Below are positions 1 through 13,400 of a DNA stretch of 64,000 nt, piece after piece. Under the pieces are notes generated by a model, which worked only from the letters and a program-made list of their open reading frames with translations, searched no databases and was not told the DNA's origin. The position numbers and the translations under genes are program-made. The stretch's first letter is position 1; each line of letters starts with the position of its first letter. The stretch covers positions 248,001-312,000 of the forward strand of contig VJWM01000187.1 of NCBI GenBank assembly GCA_010909165.1, in the 5' to 3' direction. The DNA comes from Anthoceros angustus. Lineage: Eukaryota; Plantae; Anthocerotophyta.

Positions 1-365
1 CCCTTGGCTGAATAGCACGCAATGAGAGCGTTCAGTCACAAGGCTTTTTTCGATAACGTATCAAACACTTGTTGTCGTCAACAAGGCTCCCAAGCTTCCC
101 TACTTGTTAGTCAAATTGTCACAGCAAAGTTGGTTTGCAGGCCTTGTTCTAGTATCCGAACATGTACGTGCCTTCCAAGATGCAGAGCGCTACGCTTTGC
201 GCATATATGCTTGGAGAATGTTGAGGAATCGTGCACCGCCATGCCTTCAAACTTGTAGCATACCGCTGAAAGGAAGGTCTTCATGCGACCCCTGCCTCCT
301 CATAGGCACGGGTCAAATCACCACATCTTTTGACCAAGTCCATCAAAAGCGTCTCCGCACCCAAG
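1..365 (-). pseudogene. PLS-class PPR gene fragment (frameshifted, 5'-truncated), cassette copy 1
   Basis: The reverse complement aligns by eye with the intact PPR at 26340-26700 (VFDTLSEKSLVTWNALIA and VFDGLGxKDVVTW motifs). No long ORF; the fragment runs off the window start. Confidence 0.75.
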
Positions 366-1500
366 CTGCCCGGCCTCCTTGTGTGTGGTCTTGCCCGAGA
401 TTACCCGCTGATAAAACTTAAAGTCGTGCCCAAACTTTCCCGCCAATGTATAGTGATAAAGGACACGGTCCTCAAATGTCGTGAACGCATGTGGTGAGTT
501 TGAAGGATAAGTTGCACATGAGTTTGGAGGATAAGCAATGGACACTCATCTCAGCTCTAAAATCTCCATAGAAAAACAGCAGTAACAAAACTATCTGGAG
601 CTTGTCACCGACGGCTAGGAAATAGGCACTGAAAGGTAATCAACCAACTAATGCCAAACAAACCGAGACTAGTAAGAGCGGACAAGCCCCTATAGCCAAG
701 TGGTGATGGTCCGAGTTTTGCAAGTCTATCAAAAGAACAACGTGTGCAGAGGGCCGAGGAGATCGACAAACCCCATGGTCAACCTTAAGGAGGCTCAACG
801 ATCCTTCAAGGGAGACTTATGGAGGTGAGGTCACATGACGACCTTCAAGGAGGACATCCAACAAGCGTGGGCATCAAACAGGCCATTGGAGGCCCAAACT
901 CAAGGGCAACAAATTTGAAAATGAACGTTAAGAGAGTCTAGGAGTCCAATATCTTTGCCGACTTCTTGAGAACTTTGTGCACATAAGATGGGGTTTTCAA
1001 GGTTAGGCTAGGTCGGTGTTGAAGAGAGCTAAGAGTGAGTGAGAGTTGAGAGCCGAGAGCCGAGAGCCGAGAGCGAGAGCGAGAGGTAGCCCGCCTTCTC
1101 AATTTCGACAACGGCATTTGTTTTTATGTTTGTTGTTCAATGTCCGCCGTGGTTTCCTCGACAATTTCAAACTTATTGGTGGAAAAGATTAAACATCCAA
1201 GCTTGAGCAAATCGCACTACTATATAGGATTTTACATCTATCGAGATTAGGTTCATACATATCGAGGTTATATCAACTCAAAAGTCTATATATGGAGGAA
1301 GGCTCCATGGACTAAACATTATATTAAGCTAGTCATACCGTGCATTCGGTCTTGATAGAAAATGGAACTTCTAGCTTCTCAAGTCTTGTTTATAGTTTTG
1401 GTGTCTTTTGTTATACTTTGTAACAAACCCATGCCAAGACATGCATCACGTCATGGATGGAAAACTCGTAGCCTTCTCCAAGATTGTAAGTGAAGTACTA
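340..1500. repeat. Unidentified ~1.1 kb segment fused to the truncated PPR, with a (GAGAGCC)n simple repeat at ~1030-1085; second copy at ~22600-23750
   Basis: Near-identical to 22600-23750, where the GAGAGCC/GAGAGC tract (23255-23350) is longer. No product recognised; possibly a TE remnant. Confidence 0.6.
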
Positions 1501-1544
1501 TCCTCAAACATTCTTTAGTGTATCGCCTAAATTTGGGATTTGTT

Positions 1545-3072
1545 GGAGTTCATTGGTGGATCCGCTTACTCTTTGCATGGATCGTAAGATGGGGTAAACT
1601 ATGGCCAGCTTGAGATCATTTACCACCTCCTTGAGAGGTTGTTCGGCTGGGACATTGGACATTGGGCACGCCAAAATATTCGACTACACCCGCCATCATT
1701 CAAGCCTTTGCAAATTCAGTGCAACTTTCTATCATGGTGCCCAATAATGAGGTGATGGGCTAGCAATGAGCAAACCAGCAGATCGGTGCAAAACAATGTG
1801 GTAGCATTTCCTTGACCAATATTGCCATGATTTTGGTCCAGAATGAAATACTATCCTACTCGACGATAGAGAACAAGGCATTATGGACCCAAATAGTCCC
1901 CGCTATGCAAAATGTCCACAAGTAAGTTCTCATGTCTTTGCATCACTTGAAATCATATTTTTCTAGACGATTTATAAGAATACTAATGTCTTTTGTCTCT
2001 TTGATGTTCATTAGTAACTCATGGCCTTGGCGATCAAATCAAAGTATCGACTCTGTCTAGCATTTGATGCCTTAAATGTTTCATATCCACCTTGACAAGT
2101 GTTTTTTAGTGAGGACATCATAGATTCGTCATCAAACCTCTATTGAGTTTTTTGACTTTACTTCTCACCTTTTATGCTCAATGTATATCCATATTTCGCT
2201 TATGCATCCGATCCCACGACATATATCCTTAGAATATGCTACTTTTGGGAATAATGCAACATCTGCTTCTCGATGGGTCATTAGTATATCATAATGTGCT
2301 TGATGCGCAGCTTAGATGCATTTACCATGCCATGATCTCAAAAGTAGGTTTTCATCCGTTAATATCCAAATATCGAAGCAGATGGCCTTGGTGGAGGTGG
2401 TGAGAACACTGTCGGTGCAAACATAGAAACCGCAGCTTCATATAATCGAGGCCTGGTGCAAAAGATGATGGCATCGGAAGGCACGCCATTGAGACCTAAT
2501 GAGTATATCCAAACATTCATTTTGCTCTCTTTAATGAAGATTTAAAATGGAGCCGATACAGCAACATTTTGGAGCATTTTATCCGGATAAAAGTCCATTA
2601 TGCTCTAGATTGGACTGGTCAAACAACCAATTACAATGATCCACCATGAACTCAAGTATGGTACCATTATGGTGTGTAGCAAATCCAACTCGTGATCACC
2701 AAGAACTTCAAAAGGTATACTCTTTGCATGCGGTTCAGAGTGATTGATTGCAAGCCCATTCAAGTAGGGGTGCTTGTTTGGATCCAAATAATGTTCAAGC
2801 CCATGCTTCATGGCCTTCGACTCATATTGGGCATTCGGGAACAATTTACGGAGCCAAGGACACATGTGACTTTAACAAAACAGCTATACTTACAGCTATT
2901 GATCCAAGTAAGTTCTCAATTCCTTTATGTAATCACTTATTTTATGATGCATTGAATATATTATTGAGTTTTATTTTATTTTATTACTAACAATATCTAC
3001 AAATTATAGGCACATCAAGTTGTATCTATCCTCATCTCGATTGGCAATGCTCCTCCTCACTACGACCTCAAC
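1545..3072 (+). pseudogene. Glucan endo-1,3-beta-glucosidase (GH17 + X8/CBM43), copy 1, frameshifted as assembled
   Basis: GVNYGQL, KIFD, FMLNVYPYFAYA, FIFALFNEDLK and X8 WCVANP...CDFNKTA motifs. GT-AG introns after NVHK (gtaagt at 1922) and after AIDP. Many small indels. Confidence 0.8.
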
Positions 3073-5022
3073 TTCATATCCACCTTGACAAGTGTTTTTC
3101 TCGTGAGGACATCATAGATTCTCATCAAACCTCTATTGAGTTTTTGGACTTTACTTCTCACCTTTTATGCTCAATGTATATCCATATTTCGCTTATGCAT
3201 CGATCTACGACATATATCCTTAGAATATGCTACTTTTGGGAATAATGCAACATCTGCTTACGATGGGTCATTAGTATATCATAATGTGCTTGATGCGCTA
3301 GATGCATTTTACCATGCCATGATCTCGGGGTTTTCATCATTAATATCCAAATATCGAAGCAGGATGGCCTTGAGGTGGTGAGAACACAATCGGTGCAAAC
3401 ATAGAAACTGCAGCTTCATATAATCGAGGCTGTGCAAAAGATGATGGCATGGATACGCCATTGAGACCTAATGAGTATATCCAAACATTCATTTTGCTCT
3501 CTTTAATGAAGATTTAAAATGGGCGATCTGAGCAACATTTTGGAGCATTTTATCCAGATAAAAGTCCAGTTTTTATGTGCTCTAGATTGACCTGGTCAAA
3601 CAACCAATTACAATGATCCACCCGCTAACTCAAGTATGGTACCATTATGGTGTGTAGCAAATCCAATTGCATCACCAAGAACTTCAAAAGGTATACTCTT
3701 TGCATGCGGTTCAGAGTGATTGATTGCAAGCCCATTCAAGTAGGGGTGCTTGTTTGGATCCAAATAATGTTCAAGCCCATGCTTCATGGCCTTGACTCAT
3801 ATTGGGCATCTGGGAACAATTTACGGAGCCAAGGACACATGTGACTTTAACAAAACAGCTATACTTACAGCTATTGATCCAAGTAAGTTCTCAATTCCTT
3901 TATGTAATCACTTATTTTATGATGCATTGAATATATTATTGAGTTTTATTTTATTTTATTACTAACAATATCTACAAATTATAGGCACATCAAGTTGTAT
4001 CTATCCTCATCTCGATTGGCAATGCTCCTCCTCACTACGACCTCAACTTCATATCCACCTTGACAAGTGTTTTCGTGAGGACATCATAGATTCATCATCA
4101 AACCTCTATTGAGTTTTTGGACTTTACTTCCTCACCTTTTATGCTCAATGTATATCCATATTTCGCTTATGCATCGATCCATATATCCTTAGAATATGCT
4201 ACTTTGGGAATAATGCAACATCATCATTTACGATGGGTCATTAGTATATCATAATGTGCTTGATGCTAGTTAGATGCATTTTACCGTACTATGATCTCAA
4301 AGTAGGTTTTCATATTAATATCCAAATATCGAAGCAGATGGCCTTGAGTGGTGAGAACACAATCGGTGCAAACATAGAAACTGCAGCTTCATATAATCGA
4401 GGCCTGGTGCAAAAGATGATGGCATCGGACGCCATTGAGACCTAATGAGTATATCCAAACATTCATTTTGCTCTCTTTAATGAAGATTTAAAATGGAGCC
4501 GATACTGAGCAACATTTTGGAGCATTTTATCCGGATAAAAGTCAGTTTTTATGCTCTAGATTGGACTGGTCAAACAACCAATTACAATGATCCACCCGCT
4601 AACTCAAGTATGGTACCATTATGGTGTGTAGCAAATCCAATCGCATCACCAAGAACTTCAAAAGGTATACTCTTTGCATGCGGTTCAGAGTGATTGATTG
4701 CAAGCCCATTCAAGTAGGGGTGCTTGTTTTGGATCCAAATAATGTTCAAGCCCATGCCTATGGGCCTTGACTCATATTGGGCATCTGGGAACAATTTACG
4801 GAGCCAAGGACACATGTGACTTTAACAAAACAGCTATCGGCTATTGATCCAAGTAAGTTCTCAATTCCTTTATGTAATCACTTATTTTATGATGCATTGA
4901 ATATATTATTGAGTTTTATTTTATTTTATTACTAACAATATCTACAAATTATAGGCATCAAGTTGTATCTATCCTCATCCGATTGGCAATGCTCCTCTCA
5001 CTCGACCTCAACTTCATATCCA
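2080..5022 (+). repeat. Three tandem ~0.97-0.99 kb copies of the 3' half of the GH17 gene
   Basis: Units 2080-3072, 3073-4047 and 4048-5012. Each boundary is TTCATATCCA (2080, 3073, 4048, 5013). The paralog at 24356-25342 has a single unit. Confidence 0.9.
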
Positions 5023-5451
5023 GTCCTTTAGATCTATATATATCTATGATGTTTTTCTCGTGTTCATGATAACAATGCACAAACTTTTAGAATTGTTGCT
5101 CATGTAACTCTTCGAGTTTGGTTGTTCTAGTTAGAGCTATTCTATTTCCTATGTTCCAACTCTTTTAGGTTATTTTATTGGAATAATTCTATTGATATAT
5201 TTTATTCTGTTATTCTATTTACGTATCTCCAAGACCATATTCTATGTGACCGTGCACACCGGCGGCTTTATCTTCACCGCTTGATGGTGGCGGTGGTACC
5301 GCAGATTCGCAGATTTAGAAATATTGTTACAACACGCATACATCTAAAACATAGAAGAGACATCGAATCGAGCTGCATGAAAGAAATTATGGACGACGAG
5401 AAAGTCGCACTCCATACAAGTCTTTATGCCTATGATTTTGAGAATGTAGGC

Positions 5452-8400
5452 TGTGGAAGACCACATGTGCACTAACCCCGCCTCAAGTGTCGATGAACGA
5501 TTTTTTTGTTTTGATGTGTTAGAATAGCAGTGCTTTGAGAATCGTCCGAGTCGTCTTTTATACGGAATGGTCCTTGGCCCTTGGAGATAATAATAATTTT
5601 TCGACCCTTAGGTTTGACCCCGAGGTGGGGTAGAAATAGAGTCCTTGGGTATTGGGAATTTTTAGAATAAAAGGTGTCTATATATGCTAGGGATGCTCAC
5701 AATATGCCAGCTTGAGTAGTCAAGTGGGGTGGTGGCTAGTTCCACCACGGTGGCCGAGAAACGGACGCATGCACTGTGGGAATTTACAACCCTAGTGGCG
5801 GAGCGGGACTACCACGGAGCGAACCGGGAGAAGGGCACACCCAAGATCATGAGGTCGCGACTTTCCGTGGAGGGGCCGAGCGAGCCAGAAGAGGGGCGCG
5901 CTGCACACGACGCCAAAGCAAATCACCGCCTCACTGCGGCAGAGGAAAGGCGCGACGATCGTGACAGAGCGGCGGAGGAGAAATCGGCGCCGGCAAGTTC
6001 GCGAGGAGGCGTGGAAGGAGCGCGAGGGCGGCTCGATTTTTTTCTTCCACCAGATCTGGGTAGTCGAGGTTTTGTTTTGGGAAACAACGAGAAGGAGATG
6101 GCGCCCGAGCCGAAATCCACTCACGCAGGGCCCAACATGGACCACTGGAAAGTGAGAGCCGGCACCGTGCGTGAGCCCTCAAGTTCATGGAGAAGAAATG
6201 GTGCTACGACCGCATTGGTGCAAGAGTGCGCCCGCAATTAAGGACCAAGTCGCAAGAGGGTGACGCGAGGAAAAGGCCGCAGAACTGGATTTGGCCCTCT
6301 TCGAGCAAAGTATGGGCGAGAAGCATCGAGGATGGGAGCTTGGTGATTGACCCCAGTGAAGAAGACCTTGAAAGCCGCAGCCGCCATGAAGCCTCGGGAA
6401 GTGAGAGTGAATAATGGTGGGTGACTCGCCAACTCGTGTTCCACGGTGTGGATTGGCCAAATGGATTTTGTGCTTCTGTAACCGAAGTCGGATCATATGG
6501 CGGATCACTTCTTGGTTTTTCTTCACGAGGTGGTCAAGGGTACACAAATTGATTGGGGAGGATGATTTTCGAAAGAGCCTGTGAGGAGAAGGCGAATTAC
6601 TCTCTCTTCCCTCGGCCCTCCTTGATTTCGCCTTTTCCGATTCATGTAAGGCATTCCGGTGTTTAACGGAGTTGAAGTCGTGTCCGCCCGCATGGTTGGA
6701 AGCCGGTCGGGGAACTCAAGGTAGAAGAGGAGGAATTGAAGGAGGATTCGGGCAAGGATTCCAGTTGGGAGTGCGCCTCGGAAGGTTCTAAGAGGGTGGG
6801 GAAGTTTCCAAGGGTAAGAAGCGGCAACGAACGGGATCAAAGAAGGGAGGGCAGAGCAGGAGGAAGGCGCGCAGACAGTCAGCGGCGGAGGAGAGAAATC
6901 GGCGCAAGTTCGCGAGGCGTGGAAGGAGCGCGAGGGCGGCTCGATTTTTTTTTCTTCCGAATCTGCAGGGGTCGAGGTTTTGTTTTGGGAAACAACGAGA
7001 AGGAGATGGCGCCCAGTGCGAAATCCCTGCAGGTGGCCCAACATGGACCATCGGAAAGTGAGAGCGGCTGGTCGGGTGGCTGAAGTTCATGGAGAAGAAA
7101 TGGTGCCTGACGTGCATTGGTGCAAGAGTGCGCGGCAATTAAGGACCAAGTCGCAAGAGGGTGACGCGAGGAAAAGGCCGGGATTTGGCCCTCTTCGAGG
7201 CGGTGTATGGGCGAGCATCGAGGATGGGAGCTTGGTGATTGACCCCAGTGAAGAAGACCTTGAAAGCTGCGGCTGGCGCTCGAAGCTGGGAAGTGAGAGT
7301 GAACAATGGGTGGGTGACTCGCCAACTCGTGTTCTGCGTGGTGGGGATTGGCCAAATGGATTTTGTGTTTCAGGCCGGATCATATGGCGGATCACTTCTT
7401 GGTTTTTCTTCACGAGGTGGTCAAGGGTACACAAATTGATTGGGGAGGATGATTTTCGAAAGAGCCAGAGGAGAAGGCGAATTACTCTCTCTTCCCTCGG
7501 CCCTCCTTGATTTCGCCTTTTCGATTCATGTATTTGCGCATTCGGTGTTTAACGGAGTTGAAGTCGTGTCCGCCCGCATGGTTGGAAGCCGGTCGGGGAA
7601 CTCAAGGTAGAAGAGGAGGAATTGAAGGAGGATTCGGGCAAGGATTCCAGCTTGGGAGTGCGCTCGAAGGTTCGGAAGAGGGTGGGGAAGTTTCCAAGGG
7701 TAAGCGAAGCGGCACGGTCGAGGGTCGGCGAAAAAGGGGAGGGCACCGAGGAGGAACCCACACACACCTGTGGTCACCAGTCAAGACTACAGCAGAACGG
7801 TAAAGGAGGAGAAAATAAAGGGAAATGGCAAGTTGCTCCTCCGTGGGGGATGAATCGCCGCTAGGGGAGAATGAAGCGGGAAGAGGCAAGGCACCAACCC
7901 CTAGGAGAGGAGGGTTAACTTCAGCCGAGACCGCAACGGAGCTCCGGACATTTTTGGCGACATTTCACCGAACCGTCCTACCGAGGTGGGGATAGGAGAC
8001 ACCGTGACACGAGAATTGTTGTGGAGGCGGATGGGCAAGGGACAGCCCAATTTGGGGATTTGGTGGTTTGACTTGCCATGGCACGACGCAGGATCTCCTC
8101 GATCAAGCCCATGGCTCACTCACCGAGTGTGCAAGGCCAACAGGAGAAGTTGCTCAAGGAGAAGTTGGAAAGCCTGAAGGCGAGAGCAAGGCGGCCGAGG
8201 AGCGCAGACGGAGTGCGGCGCCTTATGCAAGGCACAGGAGCAAGGCACATGTCCACTCGCAGAAGCTTTAGTAAATCAGTCAAGGGGCGATGCTACAATT
8301 GAAGAGCTTCTGATGAGGTCTCGCGAGTCCAGAGAGCAGTGGAAGCGATGGCGCCTTGGAGAAATTCAAGAAAATGGCGGAGAGGTACAAGCGGAAAGAG

Positions 8401-10050
8401 ACGGGTTAGGGAGTCAAGAGAGAGGTGGCCAAACCAAGAAAGGCCGAGCAATGCCCACCGCAGAGCAAACAACCACCGTGAAGCAACCACCACGGTGGCT
8501 AAACCAGCCACCGCCGTGGAACGGGAACCGAGGTGGGGAAGTCACCGGAGTGTCGCAGATGGAGGATGATCCTGAGAATCAACAGCAGCCGCCTGTGATT
8601 GTCCACGGAGGAGAGGGTAAGGACCTCAGATCGCGGGCGACAGTTAGCGTCCGGATGAGGATGCTCATGTCCTGCCGCCGCATGGTGAGCGGTGCTCACT
8701 CTAAACGTGTATGTGGTTGTTGGGACAGAGGGGCGTAAACCACCGGTCAGACATCTTGACCGCCAGCGCTACTGCTGGTTCCTTCGAGTAGGAGCGGGCG
8801 CCTATCCTCCGCAAGTGGTGCCGGAAGAGATGAGCGAGGCGCAGCGAGCATGGAGGGAGGAGCACGGTATGGTTGTCCAAATGAGGAGGAGCGGACAATG
8901 GACATAGAGGTCGCGCGCAACGTCCGCTGGAAGGCGCGAGGGAAAAGCAGGAGAGTGAGGTGGAGGTTGTGGGGAAAATCGCTCGAGGCGAGGTCAAGAG
9001 CGAGAGGGGTCCCCATGGGCCGAGGCGAGGCAAAGAATCGCGGAGGCGGCGCTGATTTTAGGGGAGTCGCGATAGCCTAGGACCGGGTTTTTCGTAGAGG
9101 ATAGGGAGTTCCATCACCGAGAGCGTTGTTGCTTAGATTGGTAAGGCGCCGTGGTAGGAGCTACAATTTTAGACACTAAAGAGAAGTGAGCGTGTTGGAC
9201 CACGCCCGGATGTATAAGAGACCCTTTGGGTGTCTCTCAAGCGATTTCGTGTGAACTTCCGTATCGAACCGCCGAGGGGTTGATTGGAGACGCCCGTCAA
9301 GATCAAACGCGCACCGCCTTCGTCACAAGAAGGCCGGAAGATCTCGGATGGTCGAGAGCGGAGTGGCCAAGCTCCACGCCTGGGTAACGGAAGGTAGCCG
9401 CGCCAAAAGAGGTAGGATTGCGCGGACGGCCGAGGCGGAACTGGAAGGCGAATCGCCCAAGCACCGACTTCCGATCCTCTTCCAACCGCCGCACCAGTGT
9501 GTTCATTCCATGAGAGAGGGGTCTGTGGCCCAAGGAGGGTCTGTGGCCCAAGGGAAAAGTCTGTGTGGCCCGTGAGACGAGGAGAGTTCATTGGGAAGGG
9601 AAAGGTTCCCGAGGAGAGTGGGAGGGATTGTGAGAGTGAGGGAAAGGTTCCGGAGGGTAGTTGTGTGCGAGGAGGATTGTGAGCGTGTGAGGAAAATCGA
9701 AGCGTGAGGAGTGGAGTGGGCGTGTGGTGGAATCGCGAAATTCCAGTAAGGTGAGGCGATATAGGTGTCCGATGCCCATAGCCCCTAGGTCCGTGTTAGA
9801 GAAGCCGACGAATAGCAAGGCGCATTGCCCGCCACGGGTCGAACCGCCACCGCGGTGGCCGAGTCTACCACTTGGTGGGTTTGGGCGGTAGCTGGAGAAG
9901 GTGGGGTAGTGAGCGACGGTAGGTCTAGAATCCATAGATTTAGCACACCTTGACACAACACCATTCCCTTGGGATCGAATCCTAGGACTATAACGACATA
10001 GAGGGTAAATGTGGCCTCTTTGCGCCTTCGGATGCAAAACCCATTCCACA
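5452..10050 (+). repeat. 5' LTR (4599 bp, includes a ~0.9 kb internal tandem duplication)
   Basis: Starts TGTGGAAGACCACATG and ends AAACCCATTCCACA. Collinear with 15867-19445 apart from the duplicated ~5940-6857/6858-7748 block. Confidence 0.9.
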
Positions 10051-10053
10051 TTT

Positions 10054-10070
10054 TGGCGCTGTCGGGAATG
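10054..10070 (+). promoter_or_regulatory. Primer binding site (TGGCGCTGTCGGGAAT), tRNA-Asp-like
   Basis: Lies 3 nt after the LTR end and starts TGG. Resembles the TGGCGCCGTTGCCGGGGAT PBS of Athila-type elements; the tRNA identity is inferred. Confidence 0.65.
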
Positions 10071-10499
10071 AAACTCAAGGTTATAGGGGACTAACCATAG
10101 CTTAGGTGTCTAGTTTTGGAGTGTATCTAGTTAGGTAGATGGATGCCACGGTTGAGTCGAGGGTTCGAGTCAAGTCGGACGGAAGGCCACACGAAGCGAC
10201 AACGCCAAGCACCGGAAAGGTTAAAAGGGTTGCAAAACCGCGAGTTGAGGAGGATCCGGTAGGAAGACACCGTTGGAAGGAGAAGGAGGTAAGGAAGCAA
10301 CTGGGGACGGGGTCCGATCTTGTTGGAGCAAGATCCCCAACCTGGACTTGGACGAGGTACCACCGCCAAGGAACCTCGGACCAATTCCATCCACCGACCT
10401 CTTCCAAAAGTGTGCGACTGCTGGAGATCAATCGACTCCGCAGAACCGTTGTTGGACCAACCACGAATCAAGAACGATAGTCATGACCACCACCACGCC

Positions 10500-13400
10500 G
10501 GTGGTGGTCACCACCAAGCAACCTTACCCGTATGGAGAGGGAAGGGTATGAAGACCGATGAATTTGTTGAGCGCTTTGAGCATGACATTTGCAAACCAGA
10601 AGCGGAGATGCACAACAGATTCATTGTTCTATGGAGTTCTTCGGGGTCCAAATAAGTGGTATAGGCGAATACCTCAAGTCAGCCACACCTCCAGCAACCT
10701 ATGAAGAATTAAAAACCGCCTTCTGTGAAAGGTTCAGGGGGCTTGACGTGGAGGGATACGTGTTGTCCAAGCTTGAAAAGCTGCAGAGAGGAAAGAAGGA
10801 AACCTTGCAGGCGTATGTGGAGAGGTTTCACAGCTTACGCGATCGAAGTGGCCCTCACTCGGAGTTGCTGCACACGGTGGTTCGCTAAAGGCCCGGGTTC
10901 TAAGATGGGGAGACACGAAGGTTACAAGCGGAGAAGAATTTGGGCAAGGCTATCAAGGCGCTAAACTATGAGGAATCCAACCCGCAAGGGAGGAGGAAGG
11001 CTAAGAAGGAGAAGAAGAAGCCAGATCGGAAAAAAGAAGGATTCCTCATCCTCCTAAGGAAGTTCATCGTGAAGAAAGCTCCAGAAGATTCCGTAAAGTT
11101 CCTGAGGAGGAAACGAGTGATGGAGGAAGCGCCATCGATGAGGAGCGCGCCAAATGGAAAAAGAAATGAAGGGTCGCACGGACAACAAGGAGTGGCAAGG
11201 GCAAAACAGAGGCGATGTACGCAAAGAAGGACGCGAAAAGGAGAGGGAGGCCGAGGTAGCAGCCAAGAAAGTAGAACAACAGGGAACAAGATGGAGGAGA
11301 TGATGGCAAAATTCGAGAAATTCCATCTTAATGCGGTCAAGGAACATGAGAGGCGGAGAGGCATCACGAACCCACGAGCCAACCTCTTCTGCTCAACGTG
11401 TGGGCAGGGACACTCCAAAGCTAATTGTCCGACGACAAGGGTACACTGGGATATGAGGAAGAGGAGGAAGAGGGTCCGGTGGAAGATACATGGATCCGGA
11501 GGTTCACCAACCCAAGTGTACCCAAAGACCATGTACCAACCCACGTAATTCCACGGGGTAGGCGTCAGAATCACAAGGGTAACAATCCAATGGGCACCGT
11601 CTTGTGCTATAATGTCGCAACCCACTATCACAACGCCTTATCCAACCAAGGCAATGGAGATTTTGATAAACTATGTCAAGATTGCAAGCAGGGCATTTGG
11701 CGTGAAGTGTGCTCGCCAAAGCCCCAAAGACGGTGAGGATCGCAGCACTGAACGGAGTTCAACCAACCCAAGTCCGGTCCGCCATGCATGTTGAGGACGA
11801 CTTGGCGGTATGGGAGGATGCCGAGATTGGAACCCCGAGGAGCTTGGAGGGATTAGACGCGAGGAAGCGATTATTATGGGGAAGCCTCCGCCATGGTCAT
11901 AGAACAAGGAGCACAAAAGCAAAAGAGAGGCGATGGGGAAAAAAGAAGAAGGAGGCGGATACGACCACGGATCGATGAGGGAGAGAGTGTCGCCACCAAA
12001 GGAAATACCAACACCCGGAACGACAAAGAAAAAAACAAGTCCTGTGACTTGGCGGATGGACCATATGTGCAAAAGAGTGATCTGAGACTGAGTGTTCCAA
12101 TGCGGAAAGGTGAATGAAGAGAAGTCAAGGGGTGGAACCCTACCGATTTCAGAAAGTTACAACCGGAGTTAGGGTTTCCACCGGACGACGTAAGTCATGG
12201 ATATGATACAAGAAGAATTGGCAAGGAGGCTACGGGGAAAAGGCGGGGTGTCGATTTCCACCACCCTGTGGGAGTCCACCACCCCACCGGAAGGGCCACC
12301 GTACCCCAAGTCATGACGAACCGGAACCCACAACCAACCAAACTCGGATGGCGAAGGTCCCACCGCTTTCCAATCTCGCCGAGGCCATCATGGACCAACA
12401 TTTCATGATCACATTCGGACAACTCCTCCGAGACAATCCGCGTATAGGCAACAGATCGAGGGCGTTAAAAGAGGCGCAACCCAAAAGAGGCGCAATGTTC
12501 CTATACCAGCCTCCGCCGCTGTGAACTTGGTATCCATGGTGGATCAAGGCCCACCAACCTGTGGAAATTTCGGATGTGTCATCAAAGGAGTGCCTCTCGA
12601 CACGGGGTGTAAATATTATGATGTAAGACACGGCTAGGAAATTGGGCTTGGATATTGAACATACTACCAAGGTTTTGCGGCAGACATGTCCGTAATGGTG
12701 CTGGGGAACTGGGTGCTAACGACCATTGGAACCATCCCCTACTTGATGGATTATGTAGTCATCCAAAGAAAATCGCTGTGACGTCCTAATTGGCCGAACA
12801 TGGATGTACGCATCGCAATGCACGCCAAGTGGGGAAGGAAGTCGGTTTTAAACCGCTGGAATGGGATCCCAAGACCAAGGAGGGAAGGATGTGCCTATCG
12901 TGGAGTAAGGACATGTATGCAGTGAAACTCCAATCAAATGTAGGGTACACCTCGGCAGAGGACACGTCCGGGAGATGGAAGAGGAAGATAGGTTCGTCGC
13001 ACACATCTCATGGTCCGATGAGGAGCGGTGACTACCGCAGATATCCATATACAATTAACCTGAGGGTCGTTACGGGTAACCGCCGAATGCTCCGCGGAAG
13101 GGGTCCGGGTGGATTCAACAGCAGTGGAGAAAGCCGGAGGAGGCGCCACGCACACGCCGGAGGATTTGTTTAGGGAATGGGGCATGAGAGAAGAGGAACC
13201 GGGAGCCAAGAAGGATTCGGGGTTAGCACCGCACTGAGAGCGCGAGTGGTACAGATGAAGTCAAGGACGTTGAGGTTCTTCCAGGAAGGTGCTCAAATTC
13301 TCCGAACAATGGATGCGGCGTTGAGGAAGGAATGAAGCCGCTGCGTAATTCATCGATGTTTTCGCCGAGGTAACATGAAGGGATCCCCAAAGAATGGGCG

